NCBI GenBank assembly: GCA_035289425.1
Contig: DATDXC010000038.1
Span: 732 to 64,731 of the forward strand
DNA from: Candidatus Nanoarchaeia archaeon
GTDB taxonomy: Archaea > Nanobdellota > Nanobdellia > Woesearchaeales > DATDXC01
DNA: 64,000 nucleotides
Reading direction: 5' to 3'
Shown: one piece after another, positions 18,631-27,757 of the stretch
Layout: each line of letters opens with the position of its first letter
Position numbering within the stretch: position 1 is the first letter of the stretch
Made by a program: the position numbers and the translations under genes
Notes under the pieces: model-generated
The model's database searches: none
Told to the model about the DNA's origin: nothing
The model's input: only the letters and a program-made list of their open reading frames with translations

Positions 18631-19632
18631 CTAACCTCTTACAAGTCTAAATCCTTTTTGCTCTAAGAAGTCGCTTGCGATTACAACTTTGTTGTCGTCC
18701 AGAGTTTTAGTCGCTCTTCTTATGGCACGATTTAGGAAGAGGTCTCCTGGATCATAACTTTCACCTGAAGACTCCAGTACAAAGAGACCATTTTTACCCG
18801 CACGTACAGCATGCCAATGTCCTGGTGGAATAGTATAATTTTCTCCTAATACCATCGGTACAGTAACTATCTCCCCTGGCCTAAATACCCTTGGTATTAT
18901 CTCTCTTTCTGCTGCTGGAACTGATGCCCAAACACTGTCAGACAAATTGAAATCAACCGCCCGTTCGTCTTTCCTGCCTAGACTTACACCTATATAGTTA
19001 CCATCTCCATGCCAAACAGTAAAGGTCTCTCCTTTTCCAGCGATGACTTCTCCACCATATTTTGCAGCGAAACTTCTGATACTCTCAAGAGTCCTTTCTG
19101 ATGTGCCTCTTTTTGGAACATAATATGCAAACTGAGATGTATCAAATTCTCCTCTCTTGTCTGCCGGTCCAAAATCAGGATTAAGCTGTTCAATAGGTGT
19201 AAGATACTTTAAGAATCTTGGTCTTGCTCTTGTTACTGCTTCCCTGTAAAGCACAACAATAGGATCATGTTCATGAAACGGCAAATATTGTCCAATTTCA
19301 GCACCTTCTTTTGCAGCTGTCCAGCTAAGGGCTTTACTTCCATAACCGGAAGATTTAATCGCCGGAGCAGTATTGGTAGCAGGTAAAATTATTGTGGGAG
19401 CTTGATTAGTTATTACCATCAGCTCAAGTCCTTGATCATCTATTGTAGTCTGATCTAGCGACCGTGGATCTCCAGTAAATGTATCTCCTACATTAAACTT
19501 CGGGTTTGTTAGACTAAAATCTGCTACTTCCATGTATCTTGGTCCTCGAACAGCTGCGTATGTAGGTAAAACTTTAGCCATTATCGCGTGTGATGCATCT
19601 TGTACTCTAAACAATGTTTCGTTTGTTAACAT
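18631..19632 (-). CDS. D-lyxose isomerase-like cupin, enlarged by insertions
   Basis: Ordered motifs 'EVADFSL', 'YGSK', 'PFHEH', 'GKGETF', 'YTIPPGHWH', 'ESS...D..DLF' match the D-lyxose ketol-isomerase (YdaE-type) pattern. Confidence 0.65.
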   Translation of the reverse strand: MLTNETLFRVQDASHAIMAKVLPTYAAVRGPRYMEVADFSLTNPKFNVGDTFTGDPRSLDQTTIDDQGLELMVITNQAPTIILPATNTAPAIKSSGYGSKALSWTAAKEGAEIGQYLPFHEHDPIVVLYREAVTRARPRFLKYLTPIEQLNPDFGPADKRGEFDTSQFAYYVPKRGTSERTLESIRSFAAKYGGEVIAGKGETFTVWHGDGNYIGVSLGRKDERAVDFNLSDSVWASVPAAEREIIPRVFRPGEIVTVPMVLGENYTIPPGHWHAVRAGKNGLFVLESSGESYDPGDLFLNRAIRRATKTLDDNKVVIASDFLEQKGFRLVRG

Positions 19633-19638
19633 TTTTCA

Positions 19639-21231
19639 TTACCTCGCCTTTGCTGCAGCCGCAGCTTCAAATTGTTTGTAAGCTTCAAACATCCCCTGGT
19701 AGACTGCATGTCTTGCTGAATTTGGTGTAAATGTTTTTGATACAGTCTCAAATGGAGATAACACCTCATTCCATGGAGTTGGTTGATCCTCATTGAGATA
19801 GGCATGCCTTGCCCTTAAAGCTGCTCCTAATGTAGCAGAATCAGAAACATCTCTTCGGTAGACTTCTTTTCCAGTAATATCCGCAATCGTCTGCACAAGC
19901 CCATCATTGTCTGAGGCTCCTGCTGTGACAAATAACCTCTTTGGCTCGATACCCATAGCTTCTAATTTTGCCATCATTGAGAATATTTTATACTCCACCA
20001 TCGCTTTAATGTTGTACATATCTCCATTTTCAAATCCAGGCGAACGGTCAGTTAATGGTTTGGAAGTTTTTGGTGCTATTTCAGCTTCATGCCAATACAC
20101 TGCCATCTTTTTCGGATCTGGATTTGTGTCAAGAAGATATTGTGAGACAGCTGCCCAATCCATTCCAAACTCTTTTGCAATCTTTTCTCTTACTGTTGAT
20201 CCATTCTTCCAACATGCTAAGTACATATTATGGTTAAACTCTTTTGGGTCTCCGAACACGCAAGTGCCACCAGAGTAATCCCATTTTTTGCTGGCACCCA
20301 TAGATCCAAAAACAGTGTCGCTGGTTCCTAAGCTGATACCTATATCTCCATCGCCGGTCAATACAACTCCGACTAATGAATTTGGGTTGTCTCCTGAGAA
20401 TGGAGCTACTGAAGCATCTAGACCAAATCTATTAACTATGTAGTTTGATGTTGCACCGCTCAACTGATCAGCTGCACCAATGTTAGGTAGCCTTATTAGT
20501 AGATTAGTTGCAGTTGCTCTTGTCAATATCTTTGACCAGGCTCTTCTGTCAACATTCATCAGCATCATGCCGCCAGCATCTCCCGGATCAACCTTTGCCT
20601 GACCTGTCAACAGTCCATAATGAAATGATGAAACAAGGTGAACTTCCTTAGTATCATGCCATGCATTACCATACATTTGCTCGAATTTTCTGATTTGAGG
20701 ACCGGTAAGCCTTTCAAATGCTCCGCCACCTGTCAAATCAACAATTCGGAGAGATCCGCCAACAGCTTCGATGATCTCTTCCATCTGGCTTGTTGTTGAA
20801 GAGTCTTTCCATACAGCTGCAGTATATCTTGAGTCGCCTCGAATAGTATCAGTTCTGGTAAAAGCAAATCTATCAATGAGCTGACCCGTAAGCGGTTGAG
20901 ATGGGTCTAATGAATTGACTATTGTCGATATGGGCATCCTTAAAAGAACAGATCCATGCTGTTGTCCAGAACCGGAAACAGCCGCAATGTTTTTTCTCAT
21001 TTCTTTAGGAATGCCTGTCAGAATATGGTCCAGACCCATTGTCCACACTACTGGCGAGCCCAGAACAACATTACCCTCAAGCTCCCAGAAACCATCTTTA
21101 AGAATATATCCCGGAGGTTGGATATCATCATACTTAACAGATTCTCTATGCACGACATTTTTTCCATCGATGACAACAGCAGTAGTTGACTGAGAACTTC
21201 CTTCGATCCCTAAAAATAGTTTTTCTTCCAT
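19639..21231 (-). CDS. xylB: Xylulokinase (FGGY family)
   Basis: 'SGSGQQHGSV', 'WKDSST', 'ERLTGPQIRK', 'GDNPNSL', 'ISLGTSDT'; GGTGA RBS before ATG 21231. Confidence 0.85.
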   Translation of the reverse strand: MEEKLFLGIEGSSQSTTAVVIDGKNVVHRESVKYDDIQPPGYILKDGFWELEGNVVLGSPVVWTMGLDHILTGIPKEMRKNIAAVSGSGQQHGSVLLRMPISTIVNSLDPSQPLTGQLIDRFAFTRTDTIRGDSRYTAAVWKDSSTTSQMEEIIEAVGGSLRIVDLTGGGAFERLTGPQIRKFEQMYGNAWHDTKEVHLVSSFHYGLLTGQAKVDPGDAGGMMLMNVDRRAWSKILTRATATNLLIRLPNIGAADQLSGATSNYIVNRFGLDASVAPFSGDNPNSLVGVVLTGDGDIGISLGTSDTVFGSMGASKKWDYSGGTCVFGDPKEFNHNMYLACWKNGSTVREKIAKEFGMDWAAVSQYLLDTNPDPKKMAVYWHEAEIAPKTSKPLTDRSPGFENGDMYNIKAMVEYKIFSMMAKLEAMGIEPKRLFVTAGASDNDGLVQTIADITGKEVYRRDVSDSATLGAALRARHAYLNEDQPTPWNEVLSPFETVSKTFTPNSARHAVYQGMFEAYKQFEAAAAAKAR

Positions 21232-21443
21232 CTTTTTCACCTTATTCCTTTCAAATAATTTATGATGCTCACCGCCATACGGATGCGACCAATACGGCAG
21301 TAATACATTCATCGTTGATCATGAGTTTTTATATTTCTATGATTAACTATTTTTCAAAACTCTTTTTTAAAATCCCCTGAAAAAATTATACCTTAAAGTT
21401 GGTTTATTATTTATAAATATTTGTATTTGACTGACGTCAAATG

Positions 21444-21461
21444 TGTCCCAAAGTGGTGACA
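21444..21461. promoter_or_regulatory. Palindromic operator-like site TGTCCC-N6-GTGACA (copy 1)
   Basis: Starts 34 bp from the TTTATAAA (21410) of the xylB unit; the same motif and spacing occur at araA. Confidence 0.6.
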
Positions 21462-21511
21462 AAAAATAGACATTTTGACAACACGAGAAAAAATAAAAAA
21501 GTTAGCCTACT

Positions 21512-21910
21512 TTATTCAATCTGTTTCTTTTTAGCCAAGTGAAGATAATTGTTTTTTGAGACAATAGATTTGCCTGTTTTCTGTTCAATTTCTTTTCTTG
21601 TATTTTCAGCTATTGCGCCAGTCTTTTGGATAACCTTTTAGCTCATAGCATGCTTTTACCCTGTCTTGAGCTATCTCTGGATTTTCTATTTCCTGAATGC
21701 GCTCATAGCCGACCTTTGCTAACTATCTTTTAAATGGTTCTGCTTTTTTAGAAGGAATCGATTGAACAATCCCGAATATAGATTCAGTATTTGCACAGTC
21801 CGTTGGCCTCATTTTACCATCTTGAGCTTCTAATTTCAACTGTACACAATTTGTGGACAGTTCAACTCCATGTTCCAATTCCCTACTTTTAAGCATATTC
21901 CAGTAATTTC
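21512..21910 (-). pseudogene. Degenerate Bro-N / phage antirepressor-like gene
   Basis: Recognisable fragments 'LEAQDGKMRPTDCANTESIFGIVQSIPSKKAEPFKR*LAKVGYERIQEIENPE' with in-frame stops, frameshifts and an internal deletion. Boundaries approximate. Confidence 0.7.
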
Positions 21911-21983
21911 TTGAATAATAAAAAAGGGAAAAACAAGCGAAAAGTTTATATATGTTTGATTATTTCAAACATATGTTTGGAAA

Positions 21984-22571
21984 ATGCAAACAATAATCAA
22001 GCCTGGAATATTGAAGATTCTAAGGATATTCTATAGCAATGGGAATAAGCCTGTGCATTTAAGGGAAATTGCCAGATCTTCCCATATGAATGAAAGCACT
22101 GCTTCAATGCATCTGAACTCGTTGGTAAAAAAAGGAATTTTAAAGGCAGCTGTTGAAGGTAATCTGAAAAAGTTTTATATCAGCAAAGACTTTACTCCTG
22201 TAATCTTACCTTTGTTTGATTATGAAAGGCTTGAAAATCTTCCATTGTTAAGGAAAAATGCAATAAAAATCTATCTTAAATCTCTTGAAACCAAGCCTCT
22301 GCTTGCTGTTGTTTTTGGCTCAACAGCAAAGGGAAATTTTAAAAATGATTCTGATATTGATATATTGGAAGTCAGCAACAGCAAAGATAACAGATCTAAA
22401 AGGGTTGTAGAGGCACAAACAGGAGTTCATATGCAGGTGTTCAGAATTGGTGAAAAACAATTTATAGAAGAGCTGAAATTAAAAAAAGATAATGTGGTGC
22501 AGTCGGCTTTAAATACTGGTTTTCCTGTTTTTAACCAGAAATACTATTATGAGGTAATCTACAATGAATGA
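21984..22571 (+). CDS. wHTH-minimal nucleotidyltransferase (MNT) antitoxin
   Basis: N-terminal wHTH 'HLREIAR', GS..DxD motif 'FGSTAKG...SDIDIL'. Palindrome ATATGTTTGA-N5-TCAAACATAT lies over the promoter. Confidence 0.85.
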   Translation: MQTIIKPGILKILRIFYSNGNKPVHLREIARSSHMNESTASMHLNSLVKKGILKAAVEGNLKKFYISKDFTPVILPLFDYERLENLPLLRKNAIKIYLKSLETKPLLAVVFGSTAKGNFKNDSDIDILEVSNSKDNRSKRVVEAQTGVHMQVFRIGEKQFIEELKLKKDNVVQSALNTGFPVFNQKYYYEVIYNE

Positions 22572-23082
22572 AAAACAATTAAAGGAGTTATTGGAAAACC
22601 CGCAGCTTGTTGGTGAGAAGATTGATTTTTACATAAAGAATAAAATATTGTTTAAACAGGAATTTGATGAAGCTGAGATGAAAGGCCATATACAAAAGGC
22701 AGAGCATAATGCAAGCTTTATACAGGATACTTTAAAGCAGAATTATACTGATTGGGCAATTGTTGGCTGTTATTATGCAAGTTACCATATTGCTCTGGCA
22801 TTGCTTCTCAAGAAAGGGTTTTCATCAAAAAACCATGATGCAACTCTTTGCGTATTGATAAAATATTATTATGGGAAAGAGTTAACTAAGGATGATATTG
22901 AGCTTATCAATCGCATATATCTCGATAACAATGATATCTTATTTTATGTCCAGTCAAAACAGGAACGTGAGAAAGCATCATACTCAAGCCAGATTGTTTT
23001 TGACAAGAAGCTTGTAAATGAACTAAGGCTTAAGACGCTCCTTTTTGTAAACAAAGGCAAAGATATTATTGATAAAAATTGA
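22564..23082 (+). CDS. HEPN-domain protein (partner of MNT)
   Basis: 'WAIVGCYYASYH', 'SKNHDAT', 'REKASY'; overlaps the MNT stop codon. Confidence 0.8.
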   Translation: MNEKQLKELLENPQLVGEKIDFYIKNKILFKQEFDEAEMKGHIQKAEHNASFIQDTLKQNYTDWAIVGCYYASYHIALALLLKKGFSSKNHDATLCVLIKYYYGKELTKDDIELINRIYLDNNDILFYVQSKQEREKASYSSQIVFDKKLVNELRLKTLLFVNKGKDIIDKN

Positions 23083-23155
23083 AACAACAAAATTCCATTT
23101 GTTTGTAACAAATGGTTTGACAGCAAAATAATATGCCGTTGGGATTTTGTTGTGT

Positions 23156-23308
23156 TCAAAAACCACATCAATGGAATCATTGAAAATCAAGGATTTTCAA
23201 TGTGCTCAGAAATCGCTTGCGATTTCCAACATTTCAGTGTCAAAAACCATCGCATATGTTTGTACTAACCACAACATGCCACCCATCTCTGATGTGTGGT
23301 TTTTGACA
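23156..23308. repeat. Cluster of short palindromes and inverted repeats
   Basis: CATTGAAAATC-AAG-GATTTTCAATG, GAAATCGC-TT-GCGATTTC, and TGTCAAAAACCA (23238) / TGGTTTTTGACA (23297). Confidence 0.6.
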
Positions 23309-23471
23309 TTAAGATTAAGGAAATAGCACCATATTAGATTATTGTTTTTTAAATTAAAAAGGAAAAAAATAAAAAAATTGTATTTGTTTAGCTGATTTTT
23401 GACTTTTTTCTTTGATTTGTATTGTCCAGCACAATAAAGTATAAATACTTGTTAGCTACATTGTAGCTAAC

Positions 23472-23609
23472 ATGAAGGAGACAAATATTCGTTTGACTGG
23501 TTTTGAGATGCTTGAGAAGCGGGTCAATAAAAGCGGTAACAGTGGTCGCGTTTATGTGCCAGTGGAATGGATTGGAAAACGCGTTAAGGTAGTCCTTCTT
23601 GAACAATGA
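23472..23609 (+). CDS. DUF2080-type transposase-associated small protein (AbrB-like)
   Basis: 45 aa MKETNIRLTGFEMLEKRVNKSGNSGRVYVPVEWIGKRVKVVLLEQ; overlaps the transposase start (ATGA). Not in the supplied ORF track. Confidence 0.8.
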   Translation: MKETNIRLTGFEMLEKRVNKSGNSGRVYVPVEWIGKRVKVVLLEQ

Positions 23610-24925
23610 AACTCTATTGTGACAAACAGGAATTGAAGAAGAAGTCGAAAGACGAGCTTGTCGACAATCTTTATGATTCTCTTGTTGAGATTGATAAGCT
23701 CAAGCGTGAACTTCGCAAATACAAGAACCCTAACACTCCTCCGAGTGCTCATCCTTTTCTTAAGCCTGCTGTTCGGCCTGTGCGGCGGCACAGGCGCGGT
23801 GCCCCGAAGGGGCATCCTGGCACGACGAGACCGTGGCTGGTGCCGCATGAAGTGCGGCACATTCTTGGTAAAGAATGCCCTAATTGCCACAGTAAGTATG
23901 TTGGCGTGATTGGCCAGAAACATCAGCAACAAGAGGAGATGCCTCCTGAGATTCGTCCGCAGACTGTGGATGTTGTGCGTGATGTTTGCAAGTGCAACAA
24001 GTGCGGCCTCAAGTTTCTTGCCCGTGATGGCATGACTCCATTGCAGGGCAGATTTGGCATAAACCTCATAGTTCTTGTTATCTTCCTCAAGTTCATCGTA
24101 AGAGGTGTGTTGAGGAAGACCTCGAGCTTTCTTGATGCAAGCTTCGATTTGAAGCTTGCGCCTGCAAGCGTGCAGGCAATTATCGAGAGGGCGGCTAAGG
24201 CAGGAGAAGCGGAATACTCGGCATTGAAGTCGAAGATCAAGACAGCAAAGCTCTTGTACATCGATGAAACGAGCTTTCGCGTTCTTGGCCTGAACTGGTG
24301 GGTCTGGGCCTTCCGCTCTGACACTGACCTGCTGCTTGTGATTCGGAACAGCAGAAGTAGCAAGGTCCTCGAAGAGATTTTAGGCAAGGACTACACTGGC
24401 ACGATAGTGTGCGACTGTTGGCGCGCATACGACTTCCTCAGCAACGCAACTTTACAGCGTTGCTGGGCGCATTTACTACGCAAATCCGCAGAACTCGAAA
24501 GCGTCGCAGGAAGACACTTCCACAAAAAGCTCAGTAAGCTTTTTGACAGGATACTTAATTTCAATAGCAAGGAAAGAACAGAACAACAGCGAGGACATAA
24601 GTACCTGCAAATGACTGCTGAATTACAAAAAGTAATCTCGTACTACTCGCGCTATGAAGAATGCCAAGCAGTCGTCAAGTACATTGATTTTCATATAGAG
24701 AGCTGGTTCACCTGCATCAAAATCTTGGGAGTGCAGCCAACAAACAACTACGCAGAACAAGCAATCAGAGAAACAGTCTTGGTGCGAAAGATAATCGGAG
24801 CGTTCCGCTCCGAAAAAGGAACCAAGACCTACGAAACACTCGCATCACTCATTGCCACATGGCAAATCCAGAAAAAAGAAATAAAAACCGAGTTTAACCG
24901 AATGCTAAGTACAAACCTCTGCTAA
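23606..24925 (+). CDS. IS66-family DDE transposase
   Basis: 'NTPPS', Zn finger CPNC...CNKC, 'IDETSF', 'CDCWRAY', 'QRCWAHLLR', 'PTNNYAEQAIR'. Confidence 0.95.
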   Translation: MKLYCDKQELKKKSKDELVDNLYDSLVEIDKLKRELRKYKNPNTPPSAHPFLKPAVRPVRRHRRGAPKGHPGTTRPWLVPHEVRHILGKECPNCHSKYVGVIGQKHQQQEEMPPEIRPQTVDVVRDVCKCNKCGLKFLARDGMTPLQGRFGINLIVLVIFLKFIVRGVLRKTSSFLDASFDLKLAPASVQAIIERAAKAGEAEYSALKSKIKTAKLLYIDETSFRVLGLNWWVWAFRSDTDLLLVIRNSRSSKVLEEILGKDYTGTIVCDCWRAYDFLSNATLQRCWAHLLRKSAELESVAGRHFHKKLSKLFDRILNFNSKERTEQQRGHKYLQMTAELQKVISYYSRYEECQAVVKYIDFHIESWFTCIKILGVQPTNNYAEQAIRETVLVRKIIGAFRSEKGTKTYETLASLIATWQIQKKEIKTEFNRMLSTNLC

Positions 24926-24949
24926 AAGAGCTAAACAAATACAAAAAAT

Positions 24950-26026
24950 TTATTTACCCATGATGTGATCTAAAATTTCAACTTCTAACTGCTCGTAATC
25001 CCTTTTCCTTTTGAGTTCTTCTGCATTTTTCCAATTAAATGTTCTTACTTTGTCAACTAATGTTAAAAAGATTTGTCTGCTGTGCAGTAAGTGTTTTGTT
25101 GCAATATCTGCTGGTTGTGTTCGCATAGCTTTAACATCTAGCCCGACCATCTCACCATTTCTTCCATAACCATTCTGTTCAAGGACATGCACCTGATTGA
25201 AAGCTCTTCTAATATCCACAGATCCAAATGTTTTGTCCTGATCATATTTCGGTCCATTTTGATCATTTAAGTGAACTGTCCAAAGCTTATTGCATGCTAA
25301 TGCAAACCCCATTTCATCAGATGGGTCTAAACCTGCTAGTATAGCATGGGCACTTTCAATATTAACACCTACTCTAGATTGGTCCTTTGTCATGAATGCC
25401 AAGGCTACCGCATGTCCTGTTGTAGGAATGTAAGCTTGATCCATCGGCTCATTTGGTTTTGGTTCAACAGCAATACGAATGTTTGGATCATAATCTAGCA
25501 TTACATTAATAGCATTTACCAAGTATTCAACAGAACGTCCAGGATCTTTTGCTTCTCTAATATATGTTCCTTCCCGTGCTAGCCATAATACGATAAGATC
25601 TGTTCCAAGATTATTGGCGACATCTATAGCGCATTTTGACCTATCTATAGCATATTGGCGGCATGCAGGGTTGTTAGATGTATAAGCTCCATCAATTGTT
25701 CTGTTATCTTCCCATAAACGTGGCGCAACAAATTCTGCCACCAATGATTCACCATCAAGCATGCTTTTGACTTCTCTTGCTTTTTTTCCAACTGCAGATA
25801 ATGACTTATCCATAATGCCAGGCACTGCGTCATCATCATGAAACTGCACTCCTGCAAAACCAAGAGTCCTGTACATTGCAACTTTTTTTGCAAATGTTAT
25901 TTCACCTCTAACTGCTGGCCCAAATGGATCTGCTCCTGGATGAATATTCCATGGCCCAAATGTGAACCTATATTCTGTCTTCCCCTCTTTATTGACATAT
26001 TGTGATGTTGGTTGTATTATTGCCAT
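24950..26026 (-). CDS. xylA: Xylose isomerase (class I-like)
   Basis: 'FTFGPW...DPFG', 'FHDDD', 'EPKPNEP', 'NIESAH', 'HLNDQ', 'DQD'. Confidence 0.85.
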   Translation of the reverse strand: MAIIQPTSQYVNKEGKTEYRFTFGPWNIHPGADPFGPAVRGEITFAKKVAMYRTLGFAGVQFHDDDAVPGIMDKSLSAVGKKAREVKSMLDGESLVAEFVAPRLWEDNRTIDGAYTSNNPACRQYAIDRSKCAIDVANNLGTDLIVLWLAREGTYIREAKDPGRSVEYLVNAINVMLDYDPNIRIAVEPKPNEPMDQAYIPTTGHAVALAFMTKDQSRVGVNIESAHAILAGLDPSDEMGFALACNKLWTVHLNDQNGPKYDQDKTFGSVDIRRAFNQVHVLEQNGYGRNGEMVGLDVKAMRTQPADIATKHLLHSRQIFLTLVDKVRTFNWKNAEELKRKRDYEQLEVEILDHIMGK

Positions 26027-26084
26027 TTTTTGTCCCCCTGCCTGTTTTTATTGCTTTTAATTTAAAAAAATAAAATAAAAAAAT

Positions 26085-27692
26085 TTATTTAGCTACTACT
26101 GCTGGAACAAAATATCCACCAGGTACTGCGCCTGTATCTCTTTCAAATGGTTTGTTCTGGAACAAAATCTCTTTACCAACCATCTTTCTATACGCAGATG
26201 CAACACTTAGCGGAATAGCTCTATAATCAAGCGGCATTTCATTTGCTTCTCTCATGTAAGCAGATAATCTTGCTTGACCAACGTCTAAAATGCTTTGGTC
26301 TGGTGCCAAGAAACCATTTGTAATTTCTCTGTCTTCAATCTTAATCAGATTGGCAGCGATTGCATGCGCTCTGTTTATCCTATTGAATGCTTCAACAACA
26401 TTTTCAAGAGGATCGTCTCTTACTGCAAACAGATCAGGTTCATAGACGATTTTTTGGTGCAGTCCTGCTTTTCTTTCATGATAGCTGCTTACAACTAAGT
26501 CTGATTCATGCACCATACCTGGCAATAAATCAGGATCTCCATTTCCAACAAATGCATCATTTGGATGCCTGTGGAACAATCTGCCTGTGTAATTAGCTAT
26601 AACTGTGTCAGCTTCCTTAGTTTCATATCCCATTCCTTTTAACATCCTAACGTCGTCTAAGAATTGCGTAGTTAAACCGGCGTTTATGCTTGTTTCAGTT
26701 GCATGAGCAACAATTTGGGCTGTTTTTGTATATACGTGCGCGTCTTCAATGTTTATTCCCATTGAGCCAGCAAACTGAGAGAATCTTTTTACACTTTCTG
26801 CAACTATTTCTTCCATTCCCCCTCCTTTCATCGCTGCTGCTACATTTTCTTTTATTCTGGAATAAACAAGGTTTTCAGCATCTTGACATACCCTTAAAGA
26901 TGATTCAACACCATCCTCTGTCATAAATATTGCCGGATCTCCAGGCTTAAATTCAAGCGCTATCTTCCTACCTGTCAGCATCATCATATCTGCATAGTAC
27001 TCTACCAACATCTGCCTTCTTGGATTTGCCTGGTCAAATGTATATTGTCCGTCCTGACCCAGCCAATCAACCTGAAATGCTGTGTTATCCTGAGCACACC
27101 AGAAGAATCCCTGCAATTTTCTCAAATAGGCTAATTCTTGTACCTGTGTATAAGGGGAGGTTACACCACCAAACTTGAACGGTGTTTCTGTGAATAAGTT
27201 CGCGAATTCAGATCCTACTTTCATATGGTGTTGAGCCAATGTGTATAGTGCGGCCTCTCTGTTTGTAGGTCCCATTTCTCCTTGTGTATGGAATGACATT
27301 GATGAAACACCGATCATTCCACAGAATTCAATTGTTTGTTCTAAAGTTAGTTTTTCGTTAGGAGCCAGTACATGCGGGCTAAATCGAGTTCCCATCCCAC
27401 CAGCTAGATACCATGCACCAACGCTCATTGCAAGACCAGCTGAACCGATCGCTGCTCTTGCTTCTTCAAACAATGGCGTAGCATATCTTTCTGTATTCAA
27501 ATCAACTTTTTCAGCTGGCGCTGCTCTTACCCAAGGTAATGATCCTTTAAAAAAATCTGCATTTATCTCTGCTTCAAGGCTTGCCATCCTTGTCTCTACA
27601 AACTTTAGTGATTTAGTATAATATCTAGGAGTAAATCCTCCCTCTTCTCGCATTATGCTAAACAGTGCACCCTTCAATTGTGGTATTCCCAT
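26085..27692 (-). CDS. Divergent xylose/rhamnose-isomerase-like TIM-barrel protein
   Basis: 'SVGAWY..GGMGTRF', 'ALEFKPGDP', 'GINIEDAH', 'HRHPND', 'DPDL' resemble the metal-ligand motifs; GGAGG RBS before ATG 27692. Confidence 0.6.
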   Translation of the reverse strand: MGIPQLKGALFSIMREEGGFTPRYYTKSLKFVETRMASLEAEINADFFKGSLPWVRAAPAEKVDLNTERYATPLFEEARAAIGSAGLAMSVGAWYLAGGMGTRFSPHVLAPNEKLTLEQTIEFCGMIGVSSMSFHTQGEMGPTNREAALYTLAQHHMKVGSEFANLFTETPFKFGGVTSPYTQVQELAYLRKLQGFFWCAQDNTAFQVDWLGQDGQYTFDQANPRRQMLVEYYADMMMLTGRKIALEFKPGDPAIFMTEDGVESSLRVCQDAENLVYSRIKENVAAAMKGGGMEEIVAESVKRFSQFAGSMGINIEDAHVYTKTAQIVAHATETSINAGLTTQFLDDVRMLKGMGYETKEADTVIANYTGRLFHRHPNDAFVGNGDPDLLPGMVHESDLVVSSYHERKAGLHQKIVYEPDLFAVRDDPLENVVEAFNRINRAHAIAANLIKIEDREITNGFLAPDQSILDVGQARLSAYMREANEMPLDYRAIPLSVASAYRKMVGKEILFQNKPFERDTGAVPGGYFVPAVVAK

Positions 27693-27757
27693 TTTCTTTT
27701 CCTCCATGTTTTGTTTTTTTATTGTTCGCTTCTATTTTCTTAAAATAAAAAATTAAT

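Larger units (their letters stand above)
23380..24942 (+). mobile_element. Complete IS66-family insertion sequence (single-transposase, ISBst12-like organisation)
   Basis: 14-bp perfect TIR GTATTTGTTTAGCT (23380-23393 and 24929-24942); 8-bp TSD AAAAAATT (23372-23379 and 24943-24950). Confidence 0.9.
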
